A DNA stretch of 60,395 bases, filler included, from Squatina squatina (taxonomy: Eukaryota), in the NCBI GenBank assembly GCA_031763465.1. It is 3 parts of 3 records of this genome, joined end to end, with 100 filler letters (N's around TTAATTAATTAA, not from the genome) between each part and the next. Parts side by side here need not be neighbours in the genome. Positions count along the whole stretch, not along the records: positions 1 to 28,469 come from JARFOE010000219.1; positions 28,570 to 45,155 come from JARFOE010000176.1; 1 more part is not named here. One strand, written 5' to 3'. Below, one piece after another: positions 24,461 to 36,616 of this stretch; position 1 is the first letter of the stretch, and each line of letters begins with the position of its first letter. A program made the translations under genes and the position numbers. The notes under the pieces are model-generated. The model made no database searches. It saw only the letters and a program-made list of their open reading frames with translations, and was not told the origin of the DNA.

Positions 24461-24602
24461 GGCACATTTGTGGTTCCCGTGCTTTCCTCTGTTCTGAAAG
24501 ACGCCAGCTAGTGGGAGACTCCAGACTCATTTAATCCAAACCATTTCCTTGATGAAAACGGATGCTTCAAAAAGAGTGAAAGTTTCATGGCATTCTTCGA
24601 AG
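24461..24602 (+). pseudogene. Cytochrome P450 family 2 exon 8 with in-frame stop ([47 protein letters not shown])
   Basis: 142-bp exon between 'tgtttttag' and 'gtacag', the usual CYP2 exon-8 size and phase; meander motif WETP..FNP.HFLD; TAG at 24509-24511; the usual PFSAG reads AFFEG. Confidence 0.88.
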
Positions 24603-24844
24603 GTACAGGCTCCTCACTTTTGTAACTTTTTTCTCTATCTACCACATCACCCAGAGCGTGGCCCAGTGCAGAATAACTTCCCTCCACTCTGCCACAACAC
24701 GTCATACCTTTAACAACCCATTACACCATTGTGGTATTCCCATTTCCAACGCAGACTATGCTGGGATCTCTGTTACAATCCTAAATGTTTGGGGAATAAT
24801 TTTCTCTTGTAACATTTCAACAACCATTCCCATAAGAAGACCTC

Positions 24845-25218
24845 GGGGCTGAAATTTGGCACTTGTTAGCGCCCCTTTCTCGCCTTATGAAGGCGTTATG
24901 GAGGCGCAAACAAAAACTTAAGGTGCTAAGAGGCCGATTAGCGCCTCCCGCGAAATTCGGCCCCCATTTTCTCAAGGCGCAAAAAACTCTCGCCTTAGCG
25001 GCCCGATGAGGTGCTACTGTTGGAGGCGCTAGCTGCTGGTGACGTCATCAAGCGGCGCAATGCCTCCGCGGCGCCGCGTCATAAAATTTGGCAGCCTGAG
25101 CGCCTTAGGAGGCCTCCAAAAAACGCCACAAAAACCTGTCGGTGTCCATCTTGGTTTTGGAGCTGAAATCGCCGACTCCTTCTGAGAACGACGAGTGGCT
25201 GAGTGGGTGCTTGCAATC
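24845..25218 (+). mobile_element. PIF/Harbinger-like element left end
   Basis: Starts GGGGCTGAAATTT; the reverse-complement terminus AATTTC(A/G)GCCCC occurs at 33247-33258 and 52203-52214. Confidence 0.55.
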
Positions 25219-25842
25219 NNNNNNNNNNNNNNNNNNNNNNNNNNNNNNNNNNNNNNNNNNNNNNNNNNNNNNNNNNNNNNNNNNNNNNNNNNNNNNNNNN
25301 NNNNNNNNNNNNNNNNNNGCTCTATACTCAAAACCCACCTACAGTGACTAGCCTGCAGAATTCCACATGATTTGGTCACGACAGAAACCACTCCCCTCAC
25401 AGTGCAGACTATCCGCCAATACGAACTGATGCCACTGCCACTTCCATGCAGAAGACTCCCTATCCACGTAGTACAAAAAGAGTTTGTTTTTATTCAAAAT
25501 GAAAAACCCTTATGAATTGTGTGTTAAAATCCCAATTTTAAAATGTACAAATTGGGTGACTACGGTGTTTGTTTTATTTGCAAAGCCGGCTTCTGAAATC
25601 TGTTGCTGAATCTGCTGCTTGATAAAAGTTCCGAGACCAGCCTTACTGTTTTATTTATCTGTTCAGCATTTCAGTACCACTCCCTCACTTTCATAAATAA
25701 AAGCTTGCAGTCCTTCCCAGTACTTTACGAGCAGATTGATGCATGTGTTCACAGGAATCAGCAATGATCATTGTCCAGTCTTGAGAAGCAATTGGGGGAA
25801 AAAAAATCAAAACGCATATTGAGTCGCATACACCGTCTTATT

Positions 25843-26059
25843 TCACGTCAACTCGATCTTTAAGTCCTCCCCATACTTGCGGACCAGCTTGCTGTGATTG
25901 TGATCCACAGACCACAGGGGGGGCAGGTGCTGAGGCCGCATGTAGTCCAGGAAGTGCTGTCGCCAGCGTTTCTCTAAAGACATCAGGGCTCGGAGCCCGC
26001 CAACGGCGCAAGACTGAGTCACCTTCAGACCATGAGGGACGTAGCTCTCGTTGAATATC
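25843..26059 (-). CDS. EXD2: Exonuclease 3'-5' domain-containing protein 2, last coding exon
   Basis: (R)IFNESYVPHGLKVTQSCAVGGLRALMSLEKRWRQHFLDYMRPQHLPPLWSVDHNHSKLVRKYGEDLKIELT* matches the recalled EXD2 C-terminus; acceptor 'ttctccttccctccctcag'; downstream AATAAA on the minus strand near 25650. Confidence 0.93.
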
Positions 26060-26187
26060 CTGAGGGAGGGAAGGAGAAGCAGGTTGAAGAATTGAGAGGT
26101 CTGCAGGGTCATTCTGTTCGAACATGGAATTAGAATGCAGAAGCTAGTGAGCACATAGGGGAGGAAGAAATAGAAGGTGGTTATGTT

Positions 26188-26295
26188 GATAGAGTTAGAA
26201 GGCATAGGGTGAGAGGAGGTTCATGTGGAGCATAAACACTGGCAAAGAGTGTTGGGCTGAATGGCTTGTTTCTGCACTGTACATTCGATGTAATA
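26188..26295 (+). mobile_element. CR1 3' UTR fragment
   Basis: 'ggttcatgtggagcataaacactggc...gggctgaatggcttgtttctgcactgtacattcgatgtaa'. Confidence 0.65.
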
Positions 26296-26577
26296 TTCAT
26301 TGTGAATTTAAAGTACAGCGATAACACTTTTAGCGAAGGCAGAACTTCCCAATCGAGGCCCCAGTTACAGCATCAAAGCAAAGCTTCCTCTGCTCTGACA
26401 CCAACACGCCTTTGTCACAAACCTTGGATCACCCCATAACATGCCAGTGTGACATTTCCATTTCTCGCACCAATCACNNNNNNNNNNNNNNNNNNNNNNN
26501 NNNNNNNNNNNNNNNNNNNNNNNNNNNNNNNNNNNNNNNNNNNNNNNNNNNNNNNNNNNNNNNNNNNNNNNNNNNNN

Positions 26578-26780
26578 CTCAAGCTCTGGAATTCCCTCCC
26601 TAAACCTCTCCACCTCCTTTAAGATCTCTGTTAAAACCTACTTCTTTGATCAAGCTTTTGGTCACTTGTTCCAATATCTCCTTTTGTGGCTTGTTGTCAA
26701 ATTTTGTCATTAAGCTCCTGTGAAGAGCCGTGGGATGTTTTATTATGTTAAAGGCGCTACATAAATGTAATTTGCTGCTG
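26578..26780 (+). mobile_element. L2 LINE 3' end
   Basis: 'aagctctggaattccctccctaaacc...ttaaaacctac..tttgatcaagctttt...ctcctgtgaagagc...aaaggcgctacataaatg'. Confidence 0.75.
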
Positions 26781-28469
26781 ATTCCAAATAAAGGTTTGAG
26801 GCATAGAATGAATGACCACCACTCTCATGTAATGACACAACACATGGATAAAGGTTATTTTATTTAATTGTAGTAATCCAATGTATTGCATGTCTATTAA
26901 TGATTTTATCCTACAAAGAAAAACTATTGATTCAAAGCAAACTTCTGATTGTTATGTCATTTTAATAAATGTTCAATGGCTTCTCGCAGTTGTTCCATAT
27001 TGTACCTTTCCAAAGTCTAGTCAATGAAACAGTTGATCAAACAAAACTGAAACATTTGCAGTGCCAATATTTACAGCACATAATGCTTAAGGAATCAGTT
27101 ATGTATTTTTTTTAACAATGCCCATTCTTCTGCTATCGCAATTATCTCTCCCTTAAAGTATTTTAATGAGAATGCACTCTCTGTCTGATCAGGAATGAGG
27201 TGACAGCTCGACTTAAAAGCAGTAATTAAAGCTTTCATTTTCTTCAATTAGACTCAGCTCATGCATAGACCATCATTTGCAAGAGATGTTTATTACTGTA
27301 CCACAACCCAATTCGTGTGTTGCACTCAACACACACTTAAAGGGGCACATCCATCAGCAGTTAGGGAGGCACTCAGGCAGGTAATGTTCTGAGACAGCCT
27401 GCTCTGAAAGAAAATCTTAATCTCCACTATTTTGGCTGTAGGCATAAGATCATATTACAGTCACCAAAATGATTGCGGTTATAAGCAATTTTGAAGTGAA
27501 GAGAAAAAGAAAGCATTATCAGCAGTGTTGATAATTACAAAAACAATAGAATGTGCTATCAACCAGTATCAGATTAATTCTTGAATACATTATTGNNNNN
27601 NNNNNNNNNNNNNNNNNNNNNNNNNNNNNNNNNNNNNNNNNNNNNNNNNNNNNNNNNNNNNNNNNNNNNNNNNNNNNNNNNNNNNNNNNNNNNNNGTCTT
27701 CATCAGTACAAAAAGAAAAACAACTTGTGCTACAATTGGCTTGTAAAACAAAAACTGCAATCTTATATTCAGCTTCGTAGAGTGAAAATTCAAAGCAGCT
27801 TTTTTTAATTAAAAAAATTAAAAATTAAAACACTTAAGTTTTTATTCTAGACAGCAAAACAGTGCGGATTTTCACATCAAGGTGTGCCTGCATTTGAAAC
27901 TATTCACATACGTACGGCAGTTTCACACACAGTGCTTCCATACTGCTTCCAGGTCGGAGGGCAAGTGCTCGGAACAGAAGGTAGAACGTGCCTGACACTT
28001 AAAAAGGGATGTTGATAAGCAACGCCAGATGTGGTATTCGTTCTTAAGACATTGAATGTTTCATTCATTTAATATTTTTGCTTCGAGCATGGGTTTAATT
28101 AAAACTCAGGCAATGCTTGCAATCTTTCTTAATTCCTACTTTCCCATAAGTTTTTAACTATTAACCAAAGTACCACTGATGTCAGAGGTACATGCATTGA
28201 TGACTTCAAAGGAAAGAACATCCAATTTACAAAAGCTTTGTGCCACCTTTTAGCATTTTTAAATGTGTACTGGGAGGCCTTCTGGCTGGTTTTGGTGACC
28301 AACCGGATTAGCCTTGGAGCAGTGGATGGAGTTCTGCCTCCCAGTTCTGAATGCAGGCCAGTGGAGAGAAAAGAAACAAGAAAACAAGAGAAAAGATGAA
28401 ACAGTAGAGAGAAAAGGTGAGAAAACAACAGACAGAAAAGAAGCAACGGTGAAACTGAAAAAAAAAGCA

Positions 28470-28569
28470 NNNNNNNNNNNNNNNNNNNNNNNNNNNNNNN
28501 NNNNNNNNNNNNNTTAATTAATTAANNNNNNNNNNNNNNNNNNNNNNNNNNNNNNNNNNNNNNNNNNNN
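28470..28569. other. Artificial scaffold spacer N44-TTAATTAATTAA-N44
   Basis: Palindromic 12-mer at 28514-28525 gives stops in all six frames; the whole spacer is exactly 100 bp. Confidence 0.97.
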
Positions 28570-29049
28570 AGACTTTCATCCCATCAACCTGGGTTGGATT
28601 AAAACTCAAATAGGAGGTTGGGGGGGGCGGGGGTGTGTGCGAAAGAATAGTGTGCTGACACACTGTACCACCCAGTTTCCCTTAATTACTTAATTTAGAA
28701 AATGGGTATTGACGGCAAGAACTCCCCGTGTATTCTTTGGAGCAGAGGTTACCACAGCTCAAAAGGGTTGCAAATGGGAAGTTCGAATTTTGGAGACTTT
28801 AGGTAAACGTCTCCAGGAAACTATTGCCCCCTTCTTAGCAACACACATTTAATTTAAGTTGCTAGTGGGATCCCAAAAACCCTGTAATCTTCCTTCTGAC
28901 TGAATCTCAGTCAAGAAAACATTGACAATGAAAGAAAATAAAGCCATTATATCACATCCAAGGACCTGCACAGTCACTGCTATTGCACGCTGAAGCTTTA
29001 TCCTTTGTCCTGCCATTCTTTGTTTTTGTGTCACAGTTTATATTGGCTA

Positions 29050-29187
29050 CATTATTTGAGTGGCTTCCATATGTATGCAGATCCAGAGACGGTCGCTGCA
29101 CTCCTCAGCATTAAGACCTGGATGAACCAAACTTTTCTTCAACATAATGCCAGCAAATCTGAAGCCATCTTCTTCAGCTCCTGATAA
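29050..29187 (+). mobile_element. L2 reverse transcriptase fragment
   Basis: GFHMYAD...SIKTWMNQTFLQHNASKSEAIFF, a decayed YADD region with an internal deletion. Confidence 0.65.
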
Positions 29188-30300
29188 NNNNNNNNNNNNN
29201 NNNNNNNNNNNNNNNNNNNNNNNNNNNNNNNNNNNNNNNNNNNNNNNNNNNNNNNNNNNNNNNNNNNNNNNNNNNNNNNNNNNNNNNNNNNNNNNNNNNN
29301 NNNNNNNNNNNNNNNNNNNNNNNNNNNNNNNNNNNNNNNNNNNNNNNNNNNNNNNNNNNNNNNNNNNNNNNNNNNNNNNNNNNNNNCAACCTGGGTCCAG
29401 AATTAGGGAAATAGCAACATAAATCAAAGCATAAAATTATTGCTTTGCTTTTGTTTCGATTAAAGCACTTTATTTGTTAATGTGACGTCTTCACATTCTG
29501 AGACCTCACTGACCCTCTTGTCTTCTTCCTACCTTTGTATTTTTTACATTGTTTGTCTCTGATGTTAGGTGCTTAAACAATCACTGAAATTTAAATGTTA
29601 TATTTATATTTTATTCAGTAAATATTAAATGACATTAATTCCCATTGCTTACTTTGGAAGGATTAACATCACATTTTATAAGAAATTGCAGCGTGTATTT
29701 GAGGAGGAATGGGCTGTCAATCTTTTACATGCTTTAGAGAACATGGCACTTAGACTCATACCAATTTACATTGTTGTGCTAAATATTGAAACATAAATTC
29801 TGAGTGGGTTTAGGATTCAAAACTTATGATTCCATTTAACTGTCATATTCAAGAGTGCAATTCTGTGTTCAAGGAATCAAGCAGGTGCATTAATGATGTT
29901 TTCCCTCGACATATTTAGTACGCTTTGTACATATAACATGATCATGCATTTACTAAGTGGACAAGTGACGTCTGGTGGCACAACATCAGTACTGCATCAA
30001 TTCTTATTTTTATTACCTCGACAGCCAATCTAAGCTGGATACCCGAGATTCTTCCTGTAGCATTTAATTGGAATATCAGCTATCAGTTAGATGTTTGGAA
30101 TAGATAATCAATTCCAGCATTGCTGGGACATAATTAGACCCCCAACTTTCTTCTTCATTTTCACTATGGTGTAGCTCAGTATTCTTGTCTTTTAAAGGGA
30201 GACTTCTGTTCTCTCCAGTATTAAAGTTTATATTGTGAATGATAAGTATTTACCCCAGATATTGTGTTATACAAAAAAATGTATCTAAAGTTCGCTGTTA

Positions 30301-30375
30301 AACATAGAAACATAGAAAAATAGGTGCAGGAGTAGGCCATTCGGCCCTTCGAGCCTGCACCGCCATTCAATATGA
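30301..30375 (-). mobile_element. CR1 3' terminus
   Basis: 'aacatagaaacatagaaa..aggagtaggccattcggcccttcgag' is the reverse complement of a CR1 3' end with a (TTTCTATG)n tail. Confidence 0.8.
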
Positions 30376-31274
30376 NNNNNNNNNNNNNNNNNNNNNNNNN
30401 NNNNNNNNNNNNNNNNNNNNNNNNNNNNNNNNNNNNNNNNNNNNNNNNNNNNNNNNNNNNNNNNNNNNNNNNNNNACTAAATTTTCAATCCAGATTTATT
30501 TAATTAACTGAATTTAAATTCCACAGCTGCCCGTGTTGGGATTTCTGGATCATTAGTCCATGCCTCTGGATCACTGGTCCATTGACATAACCACTATACT
30601 ACCGTACCCCTATATAGTGCACATGTGCCAGGGCCACACTGCATCCCTGCATTTTTTCAATCCCACGGGAGCAAAATGGGAGAAGAAAAAAAATCCCCTG
30701 ATGGCTTTCCTCACCGGTTGCTCACATGAGCATCCGGAAGAGCAATCTTTCCTTCTGAGAGAATCCAGGGCAATTCAGGAGGGTTGGCATGCCAACTGTC
30801 TACTCAGACAACTGCAAAACAAAACTGCCTGAATACAAAACTCCTCATTATAGGGGTAAAAAAATAGAGGGGAGAACTGAATCATTGCTCTCTATCTCAC
30901 TGCTGGTGCAGTGGTATTTTCTTAAAGCAGCCCTCTCTCCTTCTCACATTCCACGCCACCTCTACCCACACAGGACAAAGGTTCAGCATGATCTTCACGT
31001 GGTCCGGAAACTGAATGACACAAATCTAATTTATTCAGTGTAAATTAAGAAAGAGTCACCAGCTCTCTTTCCGCTGATATCTTTCCTCTTTTCACATCCT
31101 TTTTGCATCTTTGTTTTCTGCAGCTATGAATAATTAAAGCCGAGGTGCTGCACCCTGTCAGGCATGAAAATGATGAGAAGATAGTTACCGCACATTGCAA
31201 TCTGACAGCAAAAGCTGCATCAGCACTCAGCAGGCAGGTTTCGTTTCCCCTTGGTGATACTTTAATTTGTTTTT

Positions 31275-31640
31275 TGCCCTTTAATCCTACTTCTGAATGC
31301 AGCAAGTCTTTCTGGTAACCCGCCCCTGGACAATAGAAACCCATTGCCACCTTGGCCAAGTAACCATTTTTATGTGTGAGCCTGGACAGTGAATGACAGC
31401 AGGGAATTGGATTGGGATTACAACTGAAGCCAGTCAGTGGACGTGTCCACTGCTGCATCTTCTAGCAGGAGTCATTAGATGGAAAATTGAAGTGGGAACA
31501 ATGGCTGATTGATTTCTTTTTTCTCTCCGCCCCACCCCACCAAGTCTGGGACAGAAAGTCCATTCATAGCTTTTGCACCAGCATCTCAACCGAAATCAGC
31601 CACCTAAGCATGGATCAGGGATAGAGCTTGGAGTCTACTC
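31275..31640 (-). mobile_element. LF-SINE-like element
   Basis: Minus strand has 'tcactgtccaggctcacacataaaaatggttacttgg', 'aatcagcca..gttccc' and 'ggctgatttc' in the order of the recalled LF-SINE consensus; boundaries approximate. Confidence 0.6.
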
Positions 31641-32462
31641 CAATGTTGACCAACGCTCTAGTTTCACTCACAGGTCCCATTTTTTTAATGCTCATGAATC
31701 ACAAAGAAAATCGACGTTTGCATTTCTTACAGGAATCACAAGCATTGAAGAAACACCTTCCGCAACAGATAGGATTCGTGAGTGAATGTTAAGTGTTGGC
31801 AATACTTCCCTTCTCCTCTCTTATGTCCCTACTTTACCCCCTTTTCCAAACACCAGCACTTGAATGAATCAGTGGACAGGCAGTTGTACCCAGATTTCCT
31901 ATGGCCACTGTTGCAAGGTGCCTGTCAGGCATTTTGAGAGTGCCTGGCTCCATCTGATTTCCTTTCCATCCTGTGAGGAATGTATGTTGTCTCCATTCTA
32001 TGGTGCAGGCAAAGAGCAACCAAACCTGGCACACAGGGAAATATGATGGTGATGCTGTGTTTTAATATTCCATCAAGTATCACGTTGGAGCACAAATATA
32101 CCACGGAATAATTCCACTCCAGTAATGGGAGGATCTTTTCAACATTTAGAAAATATTTGTACCTTTTCTGCACCAAATATTTGTAGCTCAATTTTACATT
32201 AGTGTTAGGATGCTTTGGCCCCAATATTAATGCAAAGGCGGGTTCCGAGAGGCAGGGTATTATGTGCGTCAAACCCAGATGAAAACGTAGCGGGTGGGTT
32301 TCTCCGATTTAAGCTTGATTTTTTGATTAACTTTTTCCTTCCAGATTTCACGTCTCCGAGTTGTGCAGCCAGCGTAATGTGCATCCGCATGATGTGATCT
32401 CAAGTCAACTATTTAAAGAGACAATTCAAAATGGAATATGGAGGAGCCAGGAGGTGTTTAAC

Positions 32463-33104
32463 ATGGATTCACGAAGAGCAAGGGCAGCACCCAGATTCAG
32501 TGATGCTTGCCTTGAATTACTGCTGGGTGCAGTCAGGAGCAGGAGGGACATACAATGGGAAGAGGAAACCTGCTGTTGTTACCATGTGGCTGAGGAGGCG
32601 AGCAGCAGGAACGTTGTAGTGCAGGAAGCAGTTTATGACCTAACCAGGTCAGGAAAAGTGAGTACATTTGTTGATTCACCCACATCCTGTGGTGCACAAA
32701 CCCCTGCTTCACTTTGCCTTGCCATGCATACTCCATCACATCACTCTTCATACCCACTTAAGATTCAGCAGCACTCATCCTTCACTTTCTATGCACTTCC
32801 TCGCACCCCCATTTATCCATCCACCACTGCCACTCACCCTAATCCTTATTCAATGTGATGCATCTGTCTGATAGTCACCCTCACCGAATGTACTGCATCC
32901 ATCAGGTGAATGCCTGACCTTCTCTTTCGCCCCTTCTAGGAGAAGACAGCGCAAAACAAAAGGGAGATGGCGAGGACTGGAGGTGGGCCGCCACAAATTG
33001 TGCAGCTCACAGATGCAGAGAAGGAGGCCATGGAGATAAATGGTACATCTATGTCACTGTCAGTCAGTGATAGGAAGACTGGGAACTCGCAGATAGCTGG
33101 TGAC
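32463..33104 (+). pseudogene. PIF/Harbinger Myb/SANT-like DNA-binding protein gene (NAIF1/MSANTD-like), decayed, one intron at 32658-32939
   Basis: MDSRRARAAPRFSDACLELLLGAVRSRRD...(frameshifted GKRKPA, CRKQF)..DLTRSGK|gtgagt...cccttctag|EKTAQNKREMARTGGGPPQIVQLTDAE; phase-0 intron; RTGGG motif typical of Harbinger Myb-like proteins. Confidence 0.8.
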
Positions 33105-35040
33105 NNNNNNNNNNNNNNNNNNNNNNNNNNNNNNNNNNNNNNNNNNNNNNNNNNNNNNNNNNNNNNNNNNNNNNNNNNNNNNNNNNNNNNNNNNNNNNNN
33201 NNNNTTAGCGCCCCTCGGAGGCGCTAATGGGACATTACAGGAGCTCAATTTCAGCCCCCTCGGTGGTTACACTAAGCATGTGCTTTGTGCAAACATAAAT
33301 GTGAGTCTTCAGAGACAGGGGTTAATCTTTTCTGATATCATCACAAACTGTGAGTGTGAAGTCAAAATATATTCTATCAATATACACAGGAGAACAGATA
33401 ATTGGGAGTGACTTAAAAAGTGACAATTTAATAATTTGATGTCTCCATAAACCATGTGCAGAATAATGATAAATGTCAATCGTGAAGTTGGATCTGTAGG
33501 TGCGAGGCTTCAGATGAACTGTAATATTCAGGGTATTTCTTCTGACCCTATTGAGACAGTAATTGTACTGTGCATTTTAATATATAGTTTAAATATTAAA
33601 ATGATTTAAATTTTGAAAATATATAATGTGAACAGTGTATTATGTATCAACTGTGCATTACAGTAAACTACCATTCATAAACTGGACAGTAAATATGATT
33701 TAACAGCAATTAATCGGACAAAAGAAACAATAAACGGTAGGTTCACAATAACTGGCGTATTAACGCGGTATGTGAGATCAGGCAGGTGAATGCATAACTG
33801 GAAGACTTACGCACCGCTGAATAAGGCAAGTCACGCTTCATTGCATTGACAAACTGCTGGCAAATGGAAAGTGGCAGGTGGGAAAATGAGCTGAGGAAAA
33901 GGATCAGGTGGTTGGCTGCATGCCAGACAGCCCAGTGCTTACAATGATCAGCTCTTACTTCACTGCGGTATCCCGGGGAGCAAATGAGCGACCTGGACCC
34001 AACTACCACAGTGTGTTCTCAAACTGACTTTGGGATGACATTACTTGAGTTCCTCAATTTAAAATGAACTGTTATGTTGTGCATCTTGAGCTCAATTGTC
34101 CATTAATCAGTTTCCTGCTTGAATCACGTGCATAAAAGTTTCATTCTCACTTTTGAACTGTTCTTTCACTCTGTAAACTTTATTTTGCTTGCCTTACGAG
34201 GATAGTTTTGCTTTGCATAATTCAACAAAATGATCTGTTTCTGTTACAACGCCTACACATCTGGCCGCGCTCTGAAATGTTTTCTTCTCATGCGATTTAC
34301 GCGATGTAATTTGAAAACACGATCAATTTTTGACCAGGTCAGGTCTAATGTTGTTTCAACTATGTAAAAGTGACATCTCTGCTCCACTCACTTTACTTAT
34401 AAGCCCCGATTTCAACGGGGCAGGATTTGGTCGGGCAGGGTCCGAGGCGGGTGGCAAATTGACCTCGGCAACGTGAGGGCCAGGAGATTTTAACACAGAG
34501 CATCAACAGCATGCCACCAGGCAGTTTCCCGCAGCTAGTGGGTGGATGGGAGGCAATGTCAGCAGCAGGAGGCCGCTGCTGGTGACTGAAGGAACGGTCC
34601 TCGGCACTGAACAAAGCAGTTGTGAGTGAGTGCGAGAGGGCCTCGCGGCCGGGGGAGGGTGGTAAACTGGGCAGGGGATGCTTAAATGTTGCGTGCGAGG
34701 CCTGGAAGATTTCTCCTGCTTGTCCTGCGTCCTCAAGGACAGTTTTTAAAAAAGGCAAGACACTTAGCTCATTGGGCCTTTTCTGGTGCCGGCTCCTCTT
34801 CCCGCTAGGTTGCCCTGGCAGGGAAGCCACCACTCCTCGCCCATGCAGGCTGCCAGTTCAAGTTGTGGTTGGCGCGCTGATCATACCATCAGAACCTGAT
34901 CTGTACATTTAAAGAAGGATCCTGTCAGTTTTCTGGTGGGNNNNNNNNNNNNNNNNNNNNNNNNNNNNNNNNNNNNNNNNNNNNNNNNNNNNNNNNNNNN
35001 NNNNNNNNNNNNNNNNNNNNNNNNNNNNNNNNNNNNNNNN

Positions 35041-35750
35041 TGTTGGGGTTTAAACCAGGTTGGCAGGAGGATGGGCACCAGGATGGAGCGTTAGAAAGGA
35101 GAAACAAAGGACATGAAGGATTGGGAGAGACGAACAGCACTAAAGTAAGAAATGGTAAGGTATTCAGTGGGGTCAGACGAAGAAAGAATACAGGATAGTC
35201 TTAGATGGGTTTACAGTGCATGTACGTGAACACACAAAGCATAGTAAACAAGGTAAGTGAGCTGCAGGCACAAATAACCACATGGGAATATGATGTTGTG
35301 GCAATAACAAAGACATGGCTTAAAAAAGGACAGGATTGGGTATTAAATATTCTTGGATAAAGGGCGTTCAGGAAAATAGGGAAGGAAAGATAGGAGGTGG
35401 CGTGGCAATATTGGTTAAGGAGAATGTTTCAGTGCTGGAGAGAGAGGATGTCCTGAGGGGCAAAGGACAGAATCTATATGGCTAGAGTTAAGAAATAATA
35501 GAGGTGCCATTACACTACTACGTGTATTCTATAGGCGACCAACTAGTGGGAAATTATGGAGGTGTAAATTTGCAGAGAAATTACAGAGAGTGCGAGAACT
35601 ATAGAGTAGTGATAATGGGGGACTTCAACTATCCAACTATCCTAATATAGACTGGGATAGTAATAGTGTAAAGGGCCCTGCGGGGGGGGAAGAATTACTG
35701 AAGAGTGTTGAGAACTTTCTTGATCAGTATGTTTACGGCCCGAGGAAGGA
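35041..35750 (+). mobile_element. CR1 LINE ORF2 endonuclease region
   Basis: LQCMYVNTQSIVNKVSELQAQITTWEYDVVAITKTW...GGVAILVKE...ESIWLELRN...MGDFNYP. Confidence 0.9.
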
Positions 35751-35850
35751 NNNNNNNNNNNNNNNNNNNNNNNNNNNNNNNNNNNNNNNNNNNNNNNNNN
35801 NNNNNNNNNNNNNNNNNNNNNNNNNNNNNNNNNNNNNNNNNNNNNNNNNN

Positions 35851-36616
35851 ATAAAGTGCTCAAACGATTGGGAGAGGCAGAAAGCACTAAAGTAAGAAAA
35901 ATACGGTACTAGATGGGGTCCAACTAAGAGAGAATACGGGATGGTCTAAGATGGGTTTGCAGTGTATGTATGTGAATGCACAAAGCACAGTAAACAAGGT
36001 AAGTGAGCTGCAGGCACAAATAGTCACGTGGGAATATGATGTTGTGGCAATAACTGAAACCTGGCGCAAAGGGCAGGATTGGGTATTAAATATTCCTGGT
36101 TATAAGATGTTCAGAATAGATAGGGAAGGAAAAATACAAGGTGCTGTGGCAGTATTGGTTAAGGAGAATGGTACAGTACTGGAGGGGAAGGGTGTCCTGG
36201 AGGGGTCATGGACAAAATCTATATGGCTAGAGTTAAGAAATAATAGAGGTGCCATTACACGACTAGATGTATTCTATTGACCACCAAATAGTGGGAAAGA
36301 TATTGAGGAACAAATTTGCAGAGAAATCACAGACAGGTGCAAGAACTATAGGGTAGTAATAATGGGGAATTTCAACTATCCTAATATAGACTGGGATTAT
36401 AACAGTTTAAACAGAGAAGGGGAAGAATGTCTGAAATGTGTTCAGGAGAATGTTCTTGATCGGTGCATTTCCAGCCCGATGAGGGAGGAGACATTGGTGA
36501 CATCTGGGGAATGTGGTGGATCAAGTGGAGAAAGTGTCAGTAGGTGAACATTTAGGGAACAGTGATCATAGTATCATAAGGTTTAGATTAGCTATGGAAA
36601 AGGAGGGAGCAATCTA
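35851..36616 (+). mobile_element. CR1 LINE ORF2 endonuclease region (second related copy)
   Basis: LQCMYVNAQSTVNKVSELQAQIVTWEYDVVAITETW...GEHLGNSDHSIIRF. Confidence 0.92.

Noticed and set aside
28514-28525. TTAATTAATTAA as a homeodomain site, PacI site or piggyBac target
   Set aside because: It is centred in exactly 44+44 Ns and repeated identically at 45200, so it is an assembly linker.
33810-33890. Small minus-strand exon candidate (QFVNAMKRDLPYSAV, donor GTAAGT)
   Set aside because: Splice signals are plausible, but boundaries are ambiguous and the peptide is too short and unrecognised.
35041-36616. Tandem gene duplication
   Set aside because: Two diverged CR1 endonuclease fragments on either side of a 100-N gap; the adjacency is probably due to similarity-based scaffolding.
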